Of a stretch of 64,000 bases of DNA, positions 9,833-16,870 are shown in pieces (within the stretch, counting starts at the first letter, position 1; each line of letters opens with the position of its first letter). The translations under genes were made by a program, and so were the position numbers. The notes below the pieces were generated by a model, which worked only from the letters and a program-made list of their open reading frames with translations, ran no database searches and was not told the origin of the DNA. This stretch comes from Anaerolineae bacterium (GTDB lineage Bacteria; Chloroflexota; Anaerolineae; Aggregatilineales; Phototrophicaceae), in the NCBI GenBank assembly GCA_034437835.1, contig DAOTTP010000335.1:23663-87662 (forward strand), read 5' to 3'.

Positions 9833-9862
9833 AGAGCCTCTCATGAGAGGTTTTGAGAGGCT
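9833..9862. promoter_or_regulatory. Palindrome/hairpin between the thiolase and DUF35-like genes
   Basis: Perfect palindrome CCTCTCATGAGAGG; alternative pairing AGCCTCTCA...TGAGAGGCT. Confidence 0.45.
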
Positions 9863-9932
9863 AAAAGCTCTATTCTGTATGGTAGTACGTGGTTTCACAA
9901 ATGATTTCACAATGCAGCAAAGGGTACTCATC

Positions 9933-10112
9933 ATGCAAATTTCACGTCACTGGCGTCTCAATGCAAACCGTTACCGTCTGGAAGGGTTCAGCACCAATGG
10001 TGTGAAGTCGATTCAGGCGCGTGCCAATATCCAGAATAACCCCGCCTCGGTTGAGCAACCCCAATCTGAGCCGGTTAATAACGAGAAGAAGGCGCAGCGC
10101 GTCGCTGCGTAA
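9933..10112 (+). CDS. Small protein resembling the DUF35 N-terminal segment, zinc-ribbon cysteines absent
   Basis: MQISRHWRLNANRYRLEG resembles the P-R-x-W-R...R-Y-x-L-x-G start of thiolase-associated DUF35 proteins; internal ATG of track ORF 9822..10112. Confidence 0.65.
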   Translation: MQISRHWRLNANRYRLEGFSTNGVKSIQARANIQNNPASVEQPQSEPVNNEKKAQRVAA

Positions 10113-10126
10113 GGAGCGCGTGTTGT

Positions 10127-10429
10127 ATGGCCGATTTGAAACAGGTCGATGGGACAAAGCCTCAGCGCACATTGTTGGGGAATTTGGGGACACTATACAG
10201 CTTCACCAGTGTGACAGAAGCACCAGAAGGCTATGATGACCAAGCGCCATATTTTATCGGGCTGGTCAAACTGGATGATGGCCCGATGCTCACGGCTCAA
10301 ATCACCGATGTTGATGGCGAAATCAAAATTGGTGACCGAGTTGAGATGGTGACGCGCAAATTGACCACTGAAGGGTCACGCGGCATGATCATATACGGGT
10401 ATAAATTTCGCCCGGTGTTGAACCCTTAA
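10127..10429 (+). CDS. DUF35 OB-fold domain protein (thiolase/HMGS scaffold, C-terminal half)
   Basis: GTLYSFT, APY.IGLVKL..GP..TAQITD, IG.RVEMVTRK, IYGYKFRP; own SD AAGGAG. Confidence 0.88.
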   Translation: MADLKQVDGTKPQRTLLGNLGTLYSFTSVTEAPEGYDDQAPYFIGLVKLDDGPMLTAQITDVDGEIKIGDRVEMVTRKLTTEGSRGMIIYGYKFRPVLNP

Positions 10430-10446
10430 ATCCAGCATCGCAAGAC

Positions 10447-10490
10447 AAACAAAAAAGGCCGCTGAGAATATTCAGCGGCCTTTTTTGTTT
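10447..10490. terminator. Bidirectional intrinsic terminator
   Basis: AAACAAAAAAGGCCGCTGA-GAATAT-TCAGCGGCCTTTTTTGTTT. Confidence 0.9.
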
Positions 10491-10519
10491 TACGAGGCGA
10501 CCCAGCGGGTCGCCCCTGC
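10491..10519 (-). repeat. REP-like GC-rich palindrome (single copy in the window)
   Basis: Minus strand reads GCAGG-GGCGACCC-GCT-GGGTCGCC-TCGTA, resembling GTAG-family REPs. Confidence 0.4.
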
Positions 10520-10533
10520 AATGACGCTACAAG

Positions 10534-11643
10534 TTAGCCTTGATAGGCCAGTGAGAGCTTGCTCTCGGCATCGAACAAGTGCATGTTCTCGGTGTTGATG
10601 GCGATGCCCATACGATTGCCGATGTGTGCCTTGGTGCGGGGGTCGGTACGGGCGATGAAGTTCTTCGACTTCTCTTCGAAGTAGACGATCATCTCGTTAC
10701 CCATCTGCTCGACGACTTCAACATTGGCTTCAATCTTGGCCGGGGTGATGTTGAACGGTTGGAAGTCCATATCGTGGATGTCTTCAGGGCGGATGCCCAA
10801 AATCACCTTTTTGCCAGCGAACTTGTCGAACATGTTGACCTTCGAGGCGGGGACGGGGATTTGATACACACCGGTATCGACAATCAGCTGACCATCGCGC
10901 TTGACGAGGGTGGCATCGAAGAAGTTCATCGACGGGCTGCCGATGAAGCCTGCGACGAAAATGTTACGCGGGTGGTGGTACAGGTTGAACGGGGTGTCAA
11001 TCTGTTGGAGTTCACCGGCGCTGAGGACGCAGATGCGCGAACCCATCGTCATCGCTTCTACTTGGTCGTGGGTGACGTAGATGAAGGTCGTGCCGAGGCG
11101 TTGGTGCAGTTTGCTGATGAATGAACGGGCTTCCACGCGCAACTTGGCGTCGAGGTTGGACAACGGTTCGTCCATCAAGAAGACTTGCGGCTCACGAACG
11201 ATGGCGCGACCCACGGCCACGCGCTGACGCTGACCGCCAGAGAGTTGGCGAGGGCGACGATCCAGCAGGTGATGGATACCGAGGCTCTCGGCAGCTTCCT
11301 TCACGCGGGTGTCGATGATGTGCTTGGGGGTCTTACGCAGCTTGAGACCAAAGGCCATGTTATCATAGACGGTCATGTGTGGGTAAAGCGCATAGCTCTG
11401 GAACACCATCGCGACGTCGCGGTCTTTCGGGGCGACGTTATTCACAACGCGATCACCAATCCAGATTTCGCCTTCGCTAATCTCCTCTAAACCGGCCAAC
11501 ATACGCAAGCTGGTCGATTTACCGCAGCCGGACGGGCCGACGAAAACCAAAAACTCCTTATCAGCAATATCAATATTCAAGTTGTTGACGACTGCGGTAT
11601 TACCATACTTCTTGTACACGTTGCGAAAAGTGACGCTAGCCAT
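10534..11643 (-). CDS. Sugar ABC transporter ATPase (MalK/MsmX/UgpC family), orphan
   Basis: GPSGCGKST, LSGGQRQR, FLMDEPLSNLDAKLR, YVTHDQ, C-terminal TOBE region. Confidence 0.95.
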   Translation of the reverse strand: MASVTFRNVYKKYGNTAVVNNLNIDIADKEFLVFVGPSGCGKSTSLRMLAGLEEISEGEIWIGDRVVNNVAPKDRDVAMVFQSYALYPHMTVYDNMAFGLKLRKTPKHIIDTRVKEAAESLGIHHLLDRRPRQLSGGQRQRVAVGRAIVREPQVFLMDEPLSNLDAKLRVEARSFISKLHQRLGTTFIYVTHDQVEAMTMGSRICVLSAGELQQIDTPFNLYHHPRNIFVAGFIGSPSMNFFDATLVKRDGQLIVDTGVYQIPVPASKVNMFDKFAGKKVILGIRPEDIHDMDFQPFNITPAKIEANVEVVEQMGNEMIVYFEEKSKNFIARTDPRTKAHIGNRMGIAINTENMHLFDAESKLSLAYQG

Positions 11644-11690
11644 TTGAGGTTCTCCACGGAGGAAAAATGAACGCGAGCAAAAGAGACTGC

Positions 11691-11707
11691 TTGTGCATGT
11701 TGCACAA
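11691..11707. promoter_or_regulatory. Palindromic operator candidate in the divergent msmX-like/cinA region
   Basis: TTGTGCA-TGT-TGCACAA; a second palindrome TGATTATAATCA lies near 11748-11759. Confidence 0.45.
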
Positions 11708-11811
11708 AGTTATTGCAAAGTTGGGTGAATTACCTTCCAACAAATAGTGATTATAATCAGCACTTGCAAATCATGCAAAAAATTGGTCGAAATCTAGGAT
11801 GAGAAAATCAC

Positions 11812-13038
11812 ATGAAAAGTCTGGTAAACAGCGAATTGATCAGTATTGGCACCGAAATTTTGTTGGGAGAGATTACAGACACCAATTCGGTCTACTTGGC
11901 AAAGACCTTGCGCGATTGTGGGATTAATGTGTTTTATATCACATCGGTGGGGGACAATCATCAGCGAATTGTGAGCAGCATCAAACAGGCGATGGCGCGG
12001 TCTCATGTGGTGATTACGTGTGGAGGTTTAGGGCCAACGGTTGATGACATGACACGACAAGCAGTTGCTGAGGCGACTGGGCGTGAATTGGTCTTCCATG
12101 AGGCGCTACTCCAACAAATTGAAGACCGGTTTAAGACTTTCAAGATGCGGATGAGCGAAAATAACCGCCGCCAAGCCTATTTACCAGACGGGGCAATCGT
12201 GATTGAGAATCCGGTTGGGACTGCGCCGAGTTTTATCGCGGAACATGAGGGTGGGATTGTGATTAGCCTACCGGGTGTGCCGCGTGAGATGAAGTTCCTG
12301 ATGCAAGAAAAGGTGATTCCCTATCTACGACAGACGTTCAATCTCGGCATTATCAAGGCGCGAGTGCTTCACACGGCTGGGATTGGCGAAAGCTTGCTAG
12401 ATGAACTCATCGGCACGGAATTGCTAGAGGGGTCTAACCCAACCATCGGGTTAGCCGCCCATAGTGGGCAAGTCGATGTGCGCGTGACAGCCAAAGCGGA
12501 TAGCGAAACCGAAGCAGATTCTATGATTGCGCCGATTGAAGCCGCGCTGAGGGAAAAAGCTGGCCGGTGGATTTATGGGGCGGACAAAGAAACGCTGGAA
12601 GGGGTTTTTGCCGCGCTGGTTCGTCAACTTGGGTTGAAGGTCGCGCTGATAGATGCCGGATTGGAGGGCGCGTTGGCCGGTGTTTTCCGCAAAGCGGATA
12701 GCGATATATTGGCGTTCACAGAAATGTTCGACCATCCGACGGCGCTACGCGACATGCTACAGTCATCTTCAACAACAATGCGCGACTTAGCGGAGGCGGC
12801 AGTTACGGCCATTCAGAACCAGACAGGGGCGGCTATCGCTATTGCGATGATTAGCGACCCCGATGTAGATGAGTCGCCGGATTCAGCGGAATATACTGCT
12901 GTAAGCGTGCGGGTAGGGGATCAACAGCGCACGCGAGTTTATGGATTTGGTGGCAAATCCGACCTTGTGCGGACGTGGCTGAAAACATGGTCTTTGGCGC
13001 AGGCGTGGTCGATGCTCAAGGAGGCCAACCCGGTATGA
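11812..13038 (+). CDS. cinA: CinA family protein (MocF/ADPR-pyrophosphatase N-domain, degenerate PncC C-domain)
   Basis: IGTEILLGEITDTN, VGDN, GGLGPTVDDMT, NPVGTAP, LPGVPREM; C-domain lacks the AESCTGG motif. Confidence 0.9.
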   Translation: MKSLVNSELISIGTEILLGEITDTNSVYLAKTLRDCGINVFYITSVGDNHQRIVSSIKQAMARSHVVITCGGLGPTVDDMTRQAVAEATGRELVFHEALLQQIEDRFKTFKMRMSENNRRQAYLPDGAIVIENPVGTAPSFIAEHEGGIVISLPGVPREMKFLMQEKVIPYLRQTFNLGIIKARVLHTAGIGESLLDELIGTELLEGSNPTIGLAAHSGQVDVRVTAKADSETEADSMIAPIEAALREKAGRWIYGADKETLEGVFAALVRQLGLKVALIDAGLEGALAGVFRKADSDILAFTEMFDHPTALRDMLQSSSTTMRDLAEAAVTAIQNQTGAAIAIAMISDPDVDESPDSAEYTAVSVRVGDQQRTRVYGFGGKSDLVRTWLKTWSLAQAWSMLKEANPV

Positions 13039-13619
13039 ACAGCGTCGTAGCAAAACTCATCAGCGCTCAAGCAGCCACGAACAGCGATTGGGCGCTGTAT
13101 ATCTCACCAGAGGTTGATAAGCTCCCGTTGGAGATACAGCGGTTCGACGACCCCTATTTGCCCTATATGCGGGCTATATACGCGGCCACGCAGGATTTGC
13201 TATGCGCCTATGTCTTAGATTTTGGCGCGTATCTGCGTTTGGGCGCGGCGGGCGCTATCGCGTTGGAACGCTCCATTGACCTGATTGGCGATACCCATGT
13301 TGTCATCTTAGACGCAGCGTTGGCATCGACGCGATATGTAGGGTTATGGGAAGAAACAGCCTATGGCTGTGATGCGCTCACCATCGCGGATGCACGAGCG
13401 CTAAGTGCCTATCAAGGGCGGGATGACCGCGCCGCGTTCTTGATGTCGGCTGGACAGGTTGATAGCCGGACAACGCCGGTCTATTGGACGGATGCGCGTA
13501 TATTCGGATTAGGGGCGCAACGCATACGCCTACTACCGGAAGACGTCCTCATAAAAGCACGTAGCTTGACATTCAGCGAAACGCTGCGGACAGCCGTTTT
13601 GGAGCGCGTGCATGGATAA
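13035..13619 (+). CDS. Degenerate orotidine-5'-phosphate decarboxylase (PyrF subfamily 2)-like protein
   Basis: AIYAAT.DL.CAY, Y..LG..G..ALE, VILDA, G.DALT follow the PyrF layout, but catalytic Lys/Asp residues are missing; ATGA overlap with cinA. Confidence 0.65.
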   Translation: MNSVVAKLISAQAATNSDWALYISPEVDKLPLEIQRFDDPYLPYMRAIYAATQDLLCAYVLDFGAYLRLGAAGAIALERSIDLIGDTHVVILDAALASTRYVGLWEETAYGCDALTIADARALSAYQGRDDRAAFLMSAGQVDSRTTPVYWTDARIFGLGAQRIRLLPEDVLIKARSLTFSETLRTAVLERVHG

Positions 13620-14175
13620 TCTGTCAGAGGCGCTGATTCGCGGCCTCTACGGGGCTGGATTGTTCCAATTAGGGACATTCAGTATGGATAGGCGCGAGAG
13701 CCATATCCGGCTGCGTTTAGAGATGTTGCCGTCGTACCCAGACTTGTTACAGATGGCGGCCTCGTATATCCAACAGCGCCTGCACCCAGACATTAACCGC
13801 TTGGTCTGCACATCAGAAGCCGTCGCGCTGGGGACGGCTGTCAGCTTGGCAGTAAATCTCCCGCTGGTATGGCATACCGGCAACTTTGGCACGCCGTCAC
13901 GCCAATTTATCGGGGCGTATGACATCCAGCATCCGGCGGCACTGATCATGCTGACCTCGCGGCAATATACGTCCGATATGTTGAATCGTATCCAACGAGA
14001 ATCAGATTCGGTTGGCCTACAAATCCGGCAAAGTATCTGCCTGATGGATGATTCGCCAATCAATGAGCAAGAAAACAGCATCGGCCTGATACGATTGGCC
14101 GATGCTGTCCGATTGATTATGGAAGATGGGTTAGTCCCTAGCGCGTTGGGACGGAAAGCGTTGACCGAACTATAA
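13612..14175 (+). CDS. Degenerate orotate phosphoribosyltransferase (PyrE)-like protein
   Basis: L..AG.FQLGTF, L..L.SYPDLL, LGTAVSL...LPL, GAY, GL.I...ICL.D follow the PyrE layout; PRPP loop (hhhDD.hTTG) is absent. Confidence 0.65.
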   Translation: MDNLSEALIRGLYGAGLFQLGTFSMDRRESHIRLRLEMLPSYPDLLQMAASYIQQRLHPDINRLVCTSEAVALGTAVSLAVNLPLVWHTGNFGTPSRQFIGAYDIQHPAALIMLTSRQYTSDMLNRIQRESDSVGLQIRQSICLMDDSPINEQENSIGLIRLADAVRLIMEDGLVPSALGRKALTEL

Positions 14176-14180
14176 GCGGC

Positions 14181-15986
14181 TTATTCTTCGTCACCGAGGC
14201 TAAGGATTGCCATAAATGCTTCTTGTGGCACTTCTACCGATCCAATCATCTTCATGCGCTTCTTGCCCTTCTTCTGCTTTTCGAGCAGTTTTTTCTTGCG
14301 CGTGATGTCACCACCATAACACTTCGCCAGAACGTCCTTACGCATCGCAGAGACATTGGCGCGGGAAATCACGCGCTTGCCGACGGCGGCTTGAATGGGG
14401 ACGACGAATTGCTGACGCGGGATAAGCTCTTTCAGGCGTGTTACGAGTCGTTGTCCCTTGTTATAAGCGTCGTCGGCGTGGACGATGATGGCGAGGGCGT
14501 CTACCGGTTCGGCATTGACCAGCACATCGAGTTTGACCAAATCACCGGCCTGATAATCGGCAAATTGATAATCGAGGCTGGCATAACCGCGTGTAGAACT
14601 TTTTAGGCGGTCATAAAAGTCAACGATGACCTCGGCCAATGGCATCCGGTAATGTAAGACGACACGCGACTTGTCCAGATATTCGGATGTGGTATAAACG
14701 CCGCGCTTCTTAATCACCAATTCCATAATCGGGCCGATGTACTCTTGAGGTGAGTAGACCTGAATCTTCATCCACGGTTCGCGGATTTCTTTGATGCTGC
14801 CTTCGTCCGGCAATTGGGCGGGGCTATCGACCTCGACTTCTTCGCCGCTGTGTTTGGTGACTTGATACTTCACGCTGGGCGCAGTAGCGATGATGTCTAG
14901 GTCATACTCGCGCTCTAGGCGCTCTTGAATGATGTCCATGTGAAACAAGCCGAGGAAACCGACGCGGAAGCCGAAATTCAGCGCCTGAGAGCTTTCTGGC
15001 TCGAATACCAGCGAGGCGTCATTGAGTTGAAGCCGCTCTAGCGATTCGCGCAGTTCACCATACGCATCGTTATCAGTGGGGTAGATACCCGCAAACACCA
15101 TCGGCTTCGGGAAAGCATAACCGGGGAGCGGCTCTGGCGCACCATTGAGCGATAAGGTGATGGTATCGCCAACGCGACACTCGCGGACGGTCTTAAACCC
15201 AGTGGCGATATAACCGACTTCACCGGCAGACAGGCTGTCAATGGTCTGCATGGTCGGGCTGAAAACACCGATTTCCACGGGATCGAATATAGCTTGAGTC
15301 TGCATCAAGAGCAGTTTGTCGCGCTTTGTGAATGTGCCGTCAATGACGCGAACATAAGCAATCACGCCTTTAAAGGCGTCATAGTGAGAGTCGAACACAA
15401 GGGCGCGTACTGGGGAGTCAAGCTTGCCTTTAGGTGCGGGAACGCCCTTGATGACGCGCTCCATGACATCCTCAATGCCGATGTTGTTCTTAGCGCTGAT
15501 AAGCGTCATCTCCTCGGCAGGGAGGCCGAGCAGTTCTTCGACATCTTTGGCAATTTCTTCTGGGCGGGCAGCCGGGAGGTCAATTTTGTTGACCACCGGC
15601 AATAGCTCAAGGTTTAAGTCAAGCGCCAGATAGACATTGGTGAGGGTTTGCGCCTCGATACCTTGACTGGCGTCTACCACGAGGATAGCGCCTTCACACG
15701 CTTGAAGGGCGCGACTGACTTCATAGGTGAAGTCTACGTGTCCCGGCGTATCAATCAGGTTAATGAGATAGGTTTCGCCGTCTTTGGCTGTGTAGTGCAT
15801 CCGAACCGCTGACGCCTTGATGGTGACGCCACGTTCGCGCTCCAAATCCATGCTATCAAGCAATTGAGCCTGCATGTCACGGTCACTTACGGTATGGGTG
15901 AGTTGGAGCAGACGGTCAGCGAGGGTCGATTTGCCATGATCGACATGCGCTATGATACAAAAATTGCGGATATGCGACTGATCCAT
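14181..15986 (-). CDS. lepA: Translation elongation factor 4
   Basis: [55 protein letters not shown]. Confidence 0.98.
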   Translation of the reverse strand: MDQSHIRNFCIIAHVDHGKSTLADRLLQLTHTVSDRDMQAQLLDSMDLERERGVTIKASAVRMHYTAKDGETYLINLIDTPGHVDFTYEVSRALQACEGAILVVDASQGIEAQTLTNVYLALDLNLELLPVVNKIDLPAARPEEIAKDVEELLGLPAEEMTLISAKNNIGIEDVMERVIKGVPAPKGKLDSPVRALVFDSHYDAFKGVIAYVRVIDGTFTKRDKLLLMQTQAIFDPVEIGVFSPTMQTIDSLSAGEVGYIATGFKTVRECRVGDTITLSLNGAPEPLPGYAFPKPMVFAGIYPTDNDAYGELRESLERLQLNDASLVFEPESSQALNFGFRVGFLGLFHMDIIQERLEREYDLDIIATAPSVKYQVTKHSGEEVEVDSPAQLPDEGSIKEIREPWMKIQVYSPQEYIGPIMELVIKKRGVYTTSEYLDKSRVVLHYRMPLAEVIVDFYDRLKSSTRGYASLDYQFADYQAGDLVKLDVLVNAEPVDALAIIVHADDAYNKGQRLVTRLKELIPRQQFVVPIQAAVGKRVISRANVSAMRKDVLAKCYGGDITRKKKLLEKQKKGKKRMKMIGSVEVPQEAFMAILSLGDEE

Positions 15987-16063
15987 GCCTTATCCTGCGT
16001 AAGAGATTCACTAGAGGTTATGATGCCGAGCAGTATAGCAGAAAAGCCGAGATTATCGGTGAG

Positions 16064-16861
16064 TCATTCGTGACGGAGGGCTTCGGTAATCGCGCTCTCC
16101 AATAATAAACCGGGAGTCGCATCCGCTACGGAAGGCTGAAACCACGCCAGAAACTCGACATTACCGGCTGGCCCCAACAATGGAGAGCGTCGCAATCCCA
16201 TTAACTTGAAATCAAGGTCTTGGGCGAACGATAAAACCTCGCTCAAAACACGCTGATGGATACGCGAATCGCGAATCACGCCGCTGCCTTTATCGACTTC
16301 TTTTTTGCCCGCTTCAAATTGCGGCTTAATCAGGGCGATGACATCCGATTGAGGCGCTAACCAGCCTTTCATCGCGGGTAGTAGCAACTTGAGCGAAATG
16401 AACGACGCATCCGCAACGACCAATGTAACCGGCTCTGGGAGGGTTTGGAGGTAGCGGGCATTGGTGCGCTCCATCACGACCACACGGGCGTCGTTCCGCA
16501 GGGTGTGGTCAAGGATTCCGTAGCCGACATCAATCGCATAAACGCGGGCTGCGCCCATCTGGAGTAGGCAGTCGGTGAATCCGCCGGTACTTGCACCGAC
16601 ATCAGCGCAGATACGTCCCTCAGCTGCGATGGGGAAATGTTGGAATGCGCCTTCTAGCTTTTCGCCGCCCCGACTGACAAAGCGCTGTTTTTCTTTCAGG
16701 ATGAGTTCAGCGGTCAAAGCGACTCGCGTGCCGGGTTTATCGGTCATCACGCCGTTGACGCTGACCTCACCGGCCATAATCATGCCGCGTGCTTTTTCAC
16801 GACTGGGGGCAAGGTTTCGCTCAAAGAGCAGGACATCGAGGCGTTCGGTGGGTACTGCCAT
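16064..16861 (-). CDS. tlyA: TlyA family rRNA 2'-O-methyltransferase
   Basis: S4 domain RLD.LL, FVSRGGEKL, DVGASTGGFTD, DASFISL, LIKPQFE. Confidence 0.95.
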   Translation of the reverse strand: MAVPTERLDVLLFERNLAPSREKARGMIMAGEVSVNGVMTDKPGTRVALTAELILKEKQRFVSRGGEKLEGAFQHFPIAAEGRICADVGASTGGFTDCLLQMGAARVYAIDVGYGILDHTLRNDARVVVMERTNARYLQTLPEPVTLVVADASFISLKLLLPAMKGWLAPQSDVIALIKPQFEAGKKEVDKGSGVIRDSRIHQRVLSEVLSFAQDLDFKLMGLRRSPLLGPAGNVEFLAWFQPSVADATPGLLLESAITEALRHE

Positions 16862-16870
16862 GTGGTGAAA

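Noticed and set aside
9822..9932. N-terminal extension of track ORF 9822..10112
   Set aside because: It runs through a palindrome/promoter-like spacer; family resemblance starts at ATG 9933.
10579..11490. Long antisense ORFs inside the ABC ATPase gene (similarly 42898..43527 in ino1, 6884..7618 and 60667..61302)
   Set aside because: Shadow ORFs explained by codon bias of the real genes; no recognisable motifs.
13035..14175. Calling these genes functional pyrF/pyrE, or pseudogenes
   Set aside because: Catalytic motifs are absent, yet the ORFs are uninterrupted and translationally coupled.
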